Program-made: the position numbers and the translations under genes
The notes under the pieces: model-generated
Database searches by the model: none
Told to the model about the DNA's origin: nothing
What the model saw: the letters and a program-made list of their open reading frames with translations, nothing else
In this document: positions 1-15,084 of the stretch, in pieces
Position numbering within the stretch: the stretch's first letter is position 1
How the letters are laid out: each line of letters begins with the position of its first letter
NCBI GenBank assembly: GCA_045159875.1
Contig: CP067995.1
Coordinates: 1-64,000, forward strand
Length of the DNA stretch: 64,000 nucleotides
From: a cyanobacterium endosymbiont of Rhopalodia gibba
GTDB lineage: Bacteria; Cyanobacteriota; Cyanobacteriia; Cyanobacteriales; Microcystaceae
Reading direction: 5' to 3'

Positions 1-17
1 ACTCTCCTCGACGCATC

Positions 18-49
18 GAACCTTGAAAAATTCATAGTTTAGAAGCTAA
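18..49 (+). promoter_or_regulatory. rRNA leader: boxA-like motif and 5' arm of the 16S processing stem
   Basis: GAACCTTGAAAA (cyanobacterial boxA-like). AGTTTAGAAGCTAA (~36-49) is the reverse complement of the ITS sequence TTAGCTTCTAAACT (1803-1816). Confidence 0.7.
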
Positions 50-197
50 CAGCTTTAAGTAAGCCCCTTGTTATTTAAGACAATTATATGTCTTATTGTT
101 TCTTCTGTCTACTAAGTAAGAGAAACAGTAGGATAACGTTAGAAAAAGCCGAGAAACTAACTTAGTTAGAGAACATCGGCTAAAAGTCAGATCAAAC

Positions 198-1684
<1,487 letters not shown>

Positions 1685-1834
1685 TAGGGAGACCTCAGTT
1701 CAAGGAAAAAGGTAAGAGGTAAAAGACGTAAGTCTGGAGCCTAACAATAGTGCCTTTCCTTAGAACTAATCCCAAGGTCGTGCAAGGAAAGCCTGCTTAA
1801 ATTTAGCTTCTAAACTGGAATTGGTTCGGAATAA

Positions 1835-1908
<74 letters not shown>

Positions 1909-1960
1909 CCTAACACGATATACAACATATATCTTAATAGAGCAGCCTTAAACAATAGGT

Positions 1961-2040
1961 TCAGCACCGAGTCTTGCTTGGAAAAGTAAGACAGACTGCT
2001 GGACAGTTGAAATCCAGTCAAGCACCTTGAAAACTGCATA
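1961..2040 (+). promoter_or_regulatory. ITS boxB hairpin and boxA / 5' arm of the 23S processing stem
   Basis: TCAGCA...TGCTGG stem (boxB), then CACCTTGAAAACTGCATA, which is complementary to TGTGCAGTCTTGAAGGTG just downstream of 23S (~5055-5072). Confidence 0.75.
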
Positions 2041-2137
2041 AAAATGAGAAAGCGGTCAGCATTTTCTTACATTCTAGTTAATAGAGTAAGAAAGCGTTAA
2101 CCGAATAAAAAAGTCTAAGTGATAACCATGTTGAAAT

Positions 2138-5009
<2,872 letters not shown>

Positions 5010-5092
5010 TATCTTCTACGTTGTTTTAAGATTTTGATTTTTTCTTTCTCATTTTGTGCAGTCTTGAAGGTGTTTTCACCAGTCATTCCACT

Positions 5093-5211
5093 TCTTGGTG
5101 TCTCTAGCACCGTGGTCCCACTGCGATTCCATCCCGAACTCGTCTGTGAAACGCGGTAGCGGCAAAGATACTTGTGGGGTAGCCCACCGGGACAATAGCT
5201 CGATGCCAGGA
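5093..5211 (+). rRNA. rrf: 5S rRNA
   Basis: TCTTGGTG...CCATCCCGAACTC...GTGAAACG...CGATGCCAGGA, about 119 nt, following 23S. Confidence 0.96.
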
Positions 5212-5223
5212 TTTATTTTTAAA

Positions 5224-5263
5224 CAAAAGCTTGCCTTCATTTATTAATGGGGGCAAGCTTTTG
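5224..5263 (+). terminator. Hairpin terminator of the rRNA operon, possibly shared with convergent cofG
   Basis: CAAAAGCTTGCCTTCATT / AATGGGGGCAAGCTTTTG stem with two G-U pairs, directly after 5S. Confidence 0.75.
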
Positions 5264-5308
5264 AGTTGAGAATGTATAAGTTTCTGAATGTTGTTCATTT
5301 ACTGAAGT

Positions 5309-6271
5309 TTAGTTTATTCTATTCTGCTGGGTTCTCTGGCTTTTTACGGCTTGCTTTAATGGTAAAGGTAACCAACAATCGTATTGGGGATAAATAGGAA
5401 GACGAGGAACTAAATTCCATTTTTTAGATTGGAGGAGTTTAACTAATTCTTTATGGATTAAATGAGGATAATTTGGATTAACTTCATCTTTTAGGCTAAT
5501 TCCACCTAAATCTTTAGCTCCTGCTTCTAAACAATCAAGTAAAAAAGAAGGTTCTAAGATTAAATTAGGAGGAATTTGCAAAGTAATAGTGTTAGGTAAA
5601 ATTTGTCTTGCTTTGGCTATTATTTCTGGTAGTTGAGAAAGATTAAAAGAAGAAGTTAAAAAAGTTTGTTGATGTCCAAGACTATGAGGTTGTAAAATAA
5701 CTTCTTGAATGTGACCCCATTTTTGATGAACTCGGGTGATCGCTCCTAATGTTTCCCACCAATCATCAGAATTTTCCCCAATTCCTAATAAAAGTCCTGT
5801 AGTAAAGGGAACTTTTAATTGTCCGGCCCATTCCAAGTGTTTTAAGCGTAATTGAGGAACTTTACTAGGAGCGTGACGATGAACAGTTTTTAACAATTTA
5901 GGAGTGATTTGTTCTAACATTAACCCCATCGATACATTTACAGATTTGAGGATTTTCATCTCAGTAAAACTTAATGGTCCGACGTTAGTATGGGGTAAAA
6001 ATCCTAGAGATAAAGCCAATTGACATAGCTTATAAATTCTCTGTAACCAAGATTGTCTTTTTGGAGACTGGGGATGAATTTCTCCGCTAAGAATGAGTAT
6101 TTCACACACATTTTTTCCTTGAAGAGATTGTAAAATTTGCCATGCTTGGGGAATACTTAACCACGAATCTTGACCAGGAGCAACTCTAAAATTGCAATAG
6201 GCACAACGGTTAAAACATTCATGGGTAACAACAAGAGTATAAGCGGGACTGTAGGTGATAGTACGGGACAT
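5309..6271 (-). CDS. cofG: 7,8-didemethyl-8-hydroxy-5-deazariboflavin (Fo) synthase subunit CofG, radical SAM
   Basis: ITYSPAYTLVVTHECFNRCAYCNFR (CxxxCxxC), LPHTNVG, SMGLMLE, PFTTGLLLGIGE, HIQEVILQP and DLGGI..DEVNP are CofG motifs. Intact 320 aa. Confidence 0.92.
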   Translation of the reverse strand: MSRTITYSPAYTLVVTHECFNRCAYCNFRVAPGQDSWLSIPQAWQILQSLQGKNVCEILILSGEIHPQSPKRQSWLQRIYKLCQLALSLGFLPHTNVGPLSFTEMKILKSVNVSMGLMLEQITPKLLKTVHRHAPSKVPQLRLKHLEWAGQLKVPFTTGLLLGIGENSDDWWETLGAITRVHQKWGHIQEVILQPHSLGHQQTFLTSSFNLSQLPEIIAKARQILPNTITLQIPPNLILEPSFLLDCLEAGAKDLGGISLKDEVNPNYPHLIHKELVKLLQSKKWNLVPRLPIYPQYDCWLPLPLKQAVKSQRTQQNRIN

Positions 6272-6849
6272 GAGATGGCTAAATTTTAAGGTTCTTGATC
6301 TATTTTCTGGCTAGTTTTTTAGTTTAAAAGTTAATTGAGGATTAAAATTAATAACTTTGAATTAACAGACATTACTATAAAAGTTGATACTCGTTAAAGT
6401 TAATGAACAAAGAGAAATTAAAATTAGAAAATATCATATCATTTCTAGATAGATTATTTAAGAAAGAGAAATATTATGGAATTATCCAAGAAATGGAATA
6501 AAAAGAACTCGAAAGAAGGAGAATATCAAATATCTTGAAGAGTTCTCATAAAAACATAAAATGACTTATAACCAATAAAAATCATCTAAAATTTAAAAAA
6601 GAGAGAAAAGTAAAATTAACTACGGTAGGAATTCGTAAAAAGCATGAGTTTTTTGCATAAAGAGATAGATAAAACTTAAAAACGTGCAAAAGTAGTGAAA
6701 ACATAGAAATAAAGACGATTATCGTTGATTGATAATGACTTAGTGCAGACAATTAGTTTCGTTAAAATAAAGTTTATAAGATGAGAGAAAAAAGATAATA
6801 CCAATGTTTTATACTCACCTATAATCTATAACTAAATTTAATAGATGGA

Positions 6850-7990
6850 GAATAGCATCAAACGCTAAACTCAGTTTAATCAATGAAATTCTAAATTTAG
6901 AACAACTAACCATTACCTATTATTAAATTTTCAATAAGAATAGTTCGATTTATCGAAAAAATGGATTAAATAACAACTTTATATTTATTGTAGTTTAACA
7001 ACTAAAACACTTTATTACAATAACAAACTAACTATAGAAAATTTGCTTTGGATGAAGAAGGCTATCTCTCTTTAGATAGATAGTTGTCAAATGACATATA
7101 ATCAATGTATAAATATATTGAAAGAAGAGTAAAAAACCTAAAAACAAATAAATTAATCTTAAATGGTAGCATTAAGAATATCGCAATAAGAATGTTAGGC
7201 AAACAAGAAATAGAAACAATAATCTAATATTTAGATTGCCAATTACAGAAAAAAAATATAATCTAAACAATTTAGTTTCATTAAAAATCATAGTTATAAA
7301 GATTTAAAAGCTCTTAGACAAGATAAGTCTATTTGTCTAAAAAGTAGAGATATAAATCATAAAAATAATAATTTTTTCAATAATTAAAATAGCTGATAGC
7401 TTAGGCGAAAGAAGTTGTGATTAAGCTTAAAAAAGTTAGTTATATGAGAAGCTCTATAAAAATATTGTGGATAAATTAATGCGACAGAGTAAAGTACTAG
7501 TAGGAAATTTTATCCAATAAGTCAATAATTAATAAAAAAATCCTATAAAACCTCTTAAGCTAAAAAGCTAAATAGCTTAAAAAGACTAGTAAATAAAAAA
7601 ATATCAGACTTAAATGAAAATAAATATATTCACCCCAAATGAATTCAAAGAAAAAATAAAAAATAGACAGTTAAAGGGAATTAAGTGTATAAACTATAAC
7701 TAGTTAACTCAAAATATGCCGATTAAATAAAAAAAAGATTCAGAATGAAGTACTAGAACTATTTAAATTAATTTACTGGTATTTCAAAAATTATTTATTA
7801 GAACTAAAAAAATGTAGGATAACTAGTCCAAAACTTAGAGCAAAAAAAATATTTTATATTTTTGATAAGGGATAACTTAAGTAACAGTAGAAGATATTAA
7901 TATTGAAGTTAATTAAAACAAAAATTTATAGATTTATAGAATTAGTTAACAAAGGTTTTAACCTAACGTCGTATTAGTTAATTTTGTATC
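6850..7990 (+). mobile_element. Heavily decayed ISL3-family transposase remnant
   Basis: Conceptual translation across stops and frameshifts gives ASNAKLSLINEILNLE (ISL3 N-terminus), KLMRQSKVLV..F (cf. ELMPQAEVVADRFH) and LKLIKTKIYRF (cf. NKLKLIKRRGYGFRNF). No open frame remains. Confidence 0.6.
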
Positions 7991-8437
7991 ATTATTTTGG
8001 TATTATCTAATGGCTAATGGGATTTTCGGATAAATTCATTCAACTTACAATTTTTCTTAGTTTTCATTCTCTTGCATTTAAAATTTATATTTCTATTTTT
8101 GTTTTAGTTGTGGAGTATTTTTTTATTGCGAGTCAACTTTTATAGTATTTCATCGTAATTCTGTTGGCTAAATTTTTGGGTAGGCTGCTATCTAGCAATC
8201 ATTCTCTCTTAACTTTTTTTGTTTTAAATTTATCTAAGTTCACCCACTTATCATAGATCTATTCTCTCACTGTCTTTCTATTAATTTTGATTTTGACTTA
8301 TGTTAATCAACACTACAAAACATAACACAACCTCTTAGGAGTAAAATTTTAATAAAATTTCCATTCTGATAGACTTTTAACTGAGGTTTATAGACCGGGA
8401 AAGCAAACTGAATCAGCAGTTGGGAGAAAGAAATCTA

Positions 8438-9375
8438 TGGATGGGAAAAAATGAAAAAACATTGCTGATTATGTAGCTGTTGAAGCAATGCGCGAACGCA
8501 TAAACAAAATTCATATACGTGGTTGTATCTCCTTTGGAGAAGGGGAAGGAAATAACATTGAAGAAGAAGTCGAAATCTGTACCCAAGAACATACTAAGGC
8601 ATTTAATTTCAGAAGAACTCCTTGAAGTTGACATTGCTATTGATCCTTGTGAAGAAATAAACTTAATTGCCTACGGACAGAATGGTTCTATGATAATTTT
8701 TGCCATGAATGACTTCATCTAAAAAAAGTGGATTATTTGCTGCTCCTGACTTCGACATGACCTTTAGCTGCAGAGGGAACGGCTAAAAGTCATGTATATC
8801 TAAATAAGTCAAGTCTGCCACCGATAATCTTAATATCTTGGCTGAATGCTTAGATTGCAGCATTGAGAAATTAGTTGTCATTGTGATGGATAGCCCTCGC
8901 CACAAAGAATTAATTCAAGAAATTAGCCACACTAGATTGTGTGTACAACTCATCTTCGTGTGCTTACAAAGAAACCAATATTCATACTTGGGGATAGGAG
9001 CAACCCCGAGGGGATTATTTCAGCCACAGCCATGCGTTGTTTAGATGGGTATTTTCAAGGACAGTTAGTCTATAATCCCACAGTGGTTAAAACTGGTTTA
9101 ATTAGCGAAAGCAATGAAAAAAACCTGGTATGACTCAAAAGAAATGAACATCGAAGATCATGATTCGGATATACAATACTGATGAGTTGTCCTGAAGTGA
9201 AACTGTTCTTTTTGCTGCTTGTGGAATTACCCCAGGGATTTTAATGAAAGGGGTTTATCTCTTCCAGCGAGAAGCTAGGACTCACAGTTTAGTTATCTCT
9301 AGTCAGTCTAAGATAGTTCGTTTTATCGATACTGTTCATTTATTTAACAAACCTAAATCCATTAATCTTCACTAG
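8438..9375 (+). pseudogene. glpX: Class II fructose-1,6-/sedoheptulose-1,7-bisphosphatase pseudogene
   Basis: Colinear fragments [34 protein letters not shown](for EG)[54 protein letters not shown] and RFIDTVH...INLH*. Multiple frameshifts, stops and deletions. Lies upstream of hemA as in related cyanobacteria. Confidence 0.95.
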
Positions 9376-9686
9376 ATCGCCTCAGTTAAAATAGAAATAA
9401 AATGTGAGGAGCAAACGACCAGAAGGGCAAACAATTTTAGATTCCATCACTTAGGAGTAGTGTCCGTATAGGAGTCGGGAATGGTAAGGCTTTTGAGTAG
9501 AAATTTTTGGGGCTCCCGATGCCGAAGCTTCTAGTTTCTGTTTTAAATTTTATAAGGTTTATTTCAATAAATATTAGCTATAGTGGCTATTTAGATATAA
9601 ATTATCCAAATCAAAGAGAGCAGAACTTAAATTATTAGATTTTTCATTGCTTAACAGTGCAAGATCGAATGTTTGTAGGAGAACAC

Positions 9687-10973
9687 ATGAATATTGCCGT
9701 TGTGGGTTTAAGCTATAAAACAGCCCCTGTCGAAATCCGCGAAAAGTTGAGTATTCAAGAAGCCAAACTCGAAGAAGCGATTGTCCATTTAAGAAGCTAT
9801 CTCCACATTGACGAAGTAGCGATTATTAGCACCTGCAATCGTTTAGAAATTTATGCAGTGGTTACTGATACCGAAAAAGGGGTAGTAGAAATTAACCAAT
9901 TTCTATCTGAAGTGGGTCATTTATCGTTAAATTCTCTACGACAATACCTATTCATTTTGCTCCATCAGGATGCAGTACGTCATCTGCTACGAGTCTCTGC
10001 GGGTCTAGAAAGTTTAGTCTTAGGAGAAGGACAAATCTTAGCCCAAGTGAAAACTACCCACAAATTAGCTAAGAAATATAAAGGTATTGGGCGATTGCTT
10101 GATCGTCTCTTTAAGCAAGCTATAATTGCTGGTAAACGGGTTCGCAGCGAAACCAATATCGGAACTGGAGCTGTTTCTATTAGTTCTGCCGCCGTAGAAT
10201 TAGCCCAAACTAAAGCTAAGGATTTTGCCAATCGTCGAGTAACAATTATTGGCGCAGGAAAAATGGCTCGTTTGTTGGTGCAACATCTTTTGGCTAAAGG
10301 GGCAACGGATATTACTGTTGTCAACCGTTCCCAACGACGTGCCCAAGATTTAGCTAATAGATTTTCTCAAGCACCTCTTACCTTAAAACCTCTTAATGAA
10401 ACGATGCAAGTAGTGGCTGCTTCCCATATTGTTTTTACGAGCACAGGAGCCACAGAACCTATTTTATGTAGGAAAAATCTTACCGAAGCATTAGATCCCA
10501 ATCATTTCTTAATGTTGTTAGATATCTCAGTTCCCCGTAATGTAGCTGCCGATGTCCAAGAGATGGATATTATTGAATCCTACAATGTGGATGATTTAAA
10601 AGCAGTAGTGGCTCAAAATCATGAAAGCCGTCGTCAGATGGCGCAAGAAGCTGAAAGACCTCTTGAAGAAGAAATAAAAGCTTTTGAGCTGTGGTTGCGT
10701 TCTTTAGAGACAGTTCCCACTATCAATTCTCTGCGAACCAAAATAGAAAGTATTCGAGAACAAGAATTAGAAAAAGCTCTATCTCGTTTGGGAACTGAAT
10801 TTGCTGAGAAACATCAAGAAGTAATTGAAGCTTTAACACGAGGAATCGTTAATAAAATTCTCCATGAACCAATGGTACAATTGCGAGCTCAACAAGATAT
10901 TGAAGCTCGAAAACGTTGTCTTCAATCCCTGCAGATGCTATTTGATCTAGAAATAGAAGAACAGTTTAGTTAG
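9687..10973 (+). CDS. hemA: Glutamyl-tRNA reductase
   Basis: [20 protein letters not shown], catalytic [30 protein letters not shown] at 9687 has an AGGAG RBS. Confidence 0.97.
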   Translation: MNIAVVGLSYKTAPVEIREKLSIQEAKLEEAIVHLRSYLHIDEVAIISTCNRLEIYAVVTDTEKGVVEINQFLSEVGHLSLNSLRQYLFILLHQDAVRHLLRVSAGLESLVLGEGQILAQVKTTHKLAKKYKGIGRLLDRLFKQAIIAGKRVRSETNIGTGAVSISSAAVELAQTKAKDFANRRVTIIGAGKMARLLVQHLLAKGATDITVVNRSQRRAQDLANRFSQAPLTLKPLNETMQVVAASHIVFTSTGATEPILCRKNLTEALDPNHFLMLLDISVPRNVAADVQEMDIIESYNVDDLKAVVAQNHESRRQMAQEAERPLEEEIKAFELWLRSLETVPTINSLRTKIESIREQELEKALSRLGTEFAEKHQEVIEALTRGIVNKILHEPMVQLRAQQDIEARKRCLQSLQMLFDLEIEEQFS

Positions 10974-11002
10974 AGATTAGAATTGAGTTGAGTAATTTGG
11001 GG

Positions 11003-11036
11003 GAGACGTTTGCTGAAAACGTCTCTGTTTTATTTT
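11003..11036 (+). terminator. Intrinsic terminator after hemA (REP-like GAGACGT...ACGTCTC hairpin)
   Basis: GAGACGTTT-gctga-AAACGTCTC followed by TGTTTTATTTT. Confidence 0.7.
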
Positions 11037-12639
11037 ACCCTAAATATTTTTGAGATTTTACAATCCTGATTATCTTGGGGTAGCTTTTGAGAAATACTAT
11101 GTTTTAGCTCGAGAAAACTTTCAATTGACTGATCATTTTACCTTGTTTTATTACAAAATAAAAGGTTGAGAAATTTAAGAAAAATATGATTTAGCAAAAT
11201 CAGAAAATTAAACTTGGTGATTAAGTGATGACTAACCAGAAATTAAAGTGTAATTCATTATTTATTCTATCAATAAAAAGTTATACAAACTGTTGAAAAG
11301 CCAATTTTCAATCAATTAAAATTTATTTTATCTTTCATCCTATTACTGATAATATAATTGTACCATCTCTATTTTTTTTTAAAATGTTTGCTTTTGACTT
11401 AACTCAAATAAATTTATTTTCTGCTCAGACTTTAGAAAAATTCTGAAATAAGAAGATAATATTAGTTGATTAAAATTATTACCAATAAACTCTGTTAAAC
11501 AAGTTTATTTCATGTTTAATACGAAAATTTTTTTAGTAATTCTATGATAGCCTTATTGATAGTAACTTATTTATTGCGATAATTATATTAAATACAAGCT
11601 CATAAAACTATCTAAATAATATTTGAATATAAATATTTAATTAAAACAGTTAGATAAAGTTTTTTTAAAAAAATTGACAGAATAAATATCAATTAAAACA
11701 AGATAAATCAAACTCTAATTACTTAAATATAGAGATATAAAATAATTTGCTTTTGTTTACCCAGAGAAATATTCTAAAAGGAGACTGCACCGCTGAAAAA
11801 GTTTAAGAAGCTTTTATGGTTATTGGCTAATGAATGATAGATTAGATGATCCCTTTAATCGACTTAATTGACGTCACTGCACGATGGGACAAGATCGATA
11901 CTTGTGGAGATTAGCTCATGTTCCTAATAGTCTGTTTTGGACGAACATGGGGTTTCTTCTTTTGTTCCGAACTAATAAAGACAAGCTAAGCTAAATTGAC
12001 CTGGGCATTACTATTAACAGTGTTTTACTAAATTAGATTCAAAATTTAATATGAAATATTGATAAATTTTGTGAAACTTTAGAATTAAAATAATCACTTC
12101 TTAGCAAAATAATAATACCTTGATGGACAAGGAAACCTTTTTAGAAGGTTCACATCCAAATTAAAGAAAATTACAACAAAAAAGTATTCTGCCTGCTGTC
12201 ATTTTTGATTCTTTTGCTATAGCAAAATTTAGGAAATACAGTAATCTCAATATTCTAACTGAAATTAACTCTAGTTTATTAGTAAGCATTTAATGTATAT
12301 TTTGAATCGTATAAATTATGAACAATTTATTTTCTATTTGATAGAAAAATATCAATAATGCCGCTTTTAAAAAAGAGAGTATTCCTATATTCAGTAGGAT
12401 GTAATGTACTTTTTAATAAAAGTCCTCAAATAACCTTGAAAGATATCAAAAAAATATTTATCTGCGTAATTATGAATAAGTTTTGAAAACTATGATACGA
12501 TAAATCGTTCATCACCCCTTTTCTGGACTTAAAGAAATCATCCAAATCTAGTTAACCCTTTTGGAGCAAAAATAAAGAATAAACAAAAGTGGATAAATAC
12601 AGTTTAAGATATAATTCGGGAAACCGTTACAAGATATCT

Positions 12640-13665
12640 ATGGATTATCGAGAAGCAGGGGTAGATATACAAGTAGGACGATCCTTCGTTGAAAAAATTC
12701 GCCAGGGAGTTGAAAGTACCTATCGGAAGGAAGTATTAGGGAAACTTGGTGGGTTTGGGGGATACTTCGAGTTACCTCAAGACTATCAAAATCCTGTCCT
12801 GGTCTCAGGAACCGACGGTGTAGGAACTAAACTAAAAATAGCCCAAGCACTAGGCCAACATCGCACCATTGGTATTGACTTAGTGGCCATGTGTGTTAAT
12901 GATGTCTTAACCTGTGGTGCCGAACCTTTATTTTTTCTAGACTATTTAGCTACTGAGAAGCTAAATCTACAACAACTGGGCGATGTCGTTCAGGGAATTG
13001 TTGAAGGATGTCGTTTGAGTCATTGTGCTTTATTAGGGGGAGAAACTGCGGAAATGCCAGGTTTTTACCAGGTTGGAGAATATGATGTAGCGGGGTTTTG
13101 TGTGGGAATTGTAGAAAAAAATAAGATTCTTGATGGTTCTAAAGTCAAGATTGGGGATATTGCCATCGGACTTGCCAGTAGTGGCGTACACAGTAATGGC
13201 TTTAGTCTGATTCGTAAAATAGTAGAGCTCAATGGACTTAATTGGAGCGATGGCCGTGAAATATTCGACGGACAAACCTTAGGAGAAGTTCTCTTAACCC
13301 CCACCCGACTCTATGTGAAACCAATTCTCGAAGCATTAAACTCAGGAATAGATATTCACGCTATGGCACACATTACAGGAGGAGGACTACCAGAAAATCT
13401 ACCTCGTTGTTTAAATAAAGGGCAATCCGTCGTTATCAATCCCCAAAGCTGGGAAATTCCACCAATTTTTCGCTGGATAGCTCAGTCTGGCGACATCTCC
13501 CAGTCGAGTCTATTGGAAACGTTTAATATGGGAATCGGTTTTGTGGTGATTGTACCATCCCAACAGACTACATTAACCCTCAATTTTTTTGAACACCAAG
13601 GAATTCCATCTTATCAGATCGGTAAAGTTGTAGAAGGAACTGGAGAAATTATCATCAACAGCTAA
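12640..13665 (+). CDS. purM: Phosphoribosylformylglycinamidine cyclo-ligase (AIR synthetase)
   Basis: [67 protein letters not shown]. Confidence 0.97.
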   Translation: MDYREAGVDIQVGRSFVEKIRQGVESTYRKEVLGKLGGFGGYFELPQDYQNPVLVSGTDGVGTKLKIAQALGQHRTIGIDLVAMCVNDVLTCGAEPLFFLDYLATEKLNLQQLGDVVQGIVEGCRLSHCALLGGETAEMPGFYQVGEYDVAGFCVGIVEKNKILDGSKVKIGDIAIGLASSGVHSNGFSLIRKIVELNGLNWSDGREIFDGQTLGEVLLTPTRLYVKPILEALNSGIDIHAMAHITGGGLPENLPRCLNKGQSVVINPQSWEIPPIFRWIAQSGDISQSSLLETFNMGIGFVVIVPSQQTTLTLNFFEHQGIPSYQIGKVVEGTGEIIINS

Positions 13666-14491
13666 TGCCCAAGTCAATTATAATTTAACCAAGCTTAATA
13701 TTTTAAGCTTGTATTCTTGATTTTTTTGTGAGATTTATAAATAATAAATTATTAAATATATTCCTTAATATTAAGGTTAAAATAACTTACAATTTAGCAA
13801 TTTTACTCACAACATAGAAAAATCGAGGTGATTCTATTAGCAAGAAAACACGGATTTTTCTCAACTCTTGAATAACTAGTAGAAAGATTCATTTTTATGA
13901 CAATTTAGAGTAGACTAAAGAATTATTCGTTGTAGTTGATAGTAGAAATTCTTGAGTACATTCTAATGATTTTACTCATCTAAATTAGGTTGAATTTAGA
14001 AAAAATTTGAGGATTTTAAGCTTCTGCTAATTCCTTAGCTTAATTAATATAACTAAAATAAAGACTTGAATTTATAATTATTACCTAATAGTCAAACAAC
14101 TTTTTAAAGAATGAAAGTTTTTAAACAAAGCTAGAGCTGAAAGTGATTAATTTGACTGACTACACAATCAAGTATTTTATTATTAGAAATCTAATGAAAA
14201 ATACTTCTAATAACGGTTAATAAGAGTTTAATTATTCCTTCAATTTCTATTAATTTATCCTTGTCTGATAGGTTGCCATCTTTACTAAGTTAGCTCAGTC
14301 ATAAAGAGATTTATAATCTCCAATTATCCTATCGTCTGTGTCGTCTTATACTTTCTTAGTATCTCTTCGCTGATGATGTTAAAGTATTGAAGCGGGTTAT
14401 CCTGAGTATTGCTCTTCTATGTCAACTTAATCCTCTCTACAAAAATTAATGACTTTAAGCTTCTGTGTTCTTTGCTATTTAGCTAATAAAT

Positions 14492-14550
14492 GGGGTGAGG
14501 ATGTCAACTAATACTGTTAATTTGAAGTATTGGTTGACATCCTCATCCCC
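14492..14550. repeat. Long near-perfect inverted repeat (about 24-bp arms, 10-nt loop)
   Basis: GGGGTGAGGATGTCAACTAATACT ... AGTATTGGTTGACATCCTCATCCCC. Confidence 0.9.
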
Positions 14551-14642
14551 AGACTTCATAAATAAGTACTTATATATTTAATTTTTTACTTCAACGGTGT
14601 AAGTATTTATTTAGTAACTCATTGTCTTCACTCATAACCTCT

Positions 14643-14890
14643 ATGGCTATTATCGCCCTTAAGACCTGGTATAAAAAAAATATGAACCGTCCGAAAAGTC
14701 ATTAGAATTCCCCAGATGTCCAACTGAGCCGTGATGGTTTACCTAAACTGAGATTAAAAACAGATTATTGGGAAGTATATCTAGTTTTAACCATAACTAG
14801 ATGAGAATATCATTGGATATTATGTTAAAGACAGTGAGGATATGTAAACTAGAATTTGGATTTAATTTCCTAAGAAATACACTTTGATAA
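14643..14890 (+). pseudogene. Truncated pseudogene of a conserved cyanobacterial hypothetical protein (MAIIALKAWY... family)
   Basis: MAIIALKTWY..YEP....D.QLSRD.L.K..LKTDY...YYVKDS...DLIS.EI.F.K resembles the N-terminus of a conserved cyanobacterial protein that I recall. Frameshifts, stops and a missing C-terminus. Confidence 0.55.
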
Positions 14891-14917
14891 ATATAATATT
14901 GCATCTACCTTATTTTT

Positions 14918-14970
14918 TTTGCGCTTTAGGCAATCAGCAAAAATAAAGAAATGATTGCCTAAAGTGTAAA
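14918..14970. repeat. Inverted repeat (19-bp arms), possible 3' hairpin between convergent genes
   Basis: TTTGCGCTTTAGGCAATCA ... TGATTGCCTAAAGTGTAAA. Confidence 0.8.
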
Positions 14971-15084
14971 GAGTGATTAGTCAAGAAATATAAAAATTTA
15001 AAATTTAAGTTAGGAGTAAACAAATGTTAACACCTCCCAACAACTATTAAATTAGCTATTAACTTTCAACTATCTTCGTTCAAT

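Noticed and set aside
8413..9133. ORFs 8413-8634, 8519-8722, 8838-9044 and 8939-9133 as separate small genes
   Set aside because: They are fragments or antisense shadows of the glpX pseudogene.
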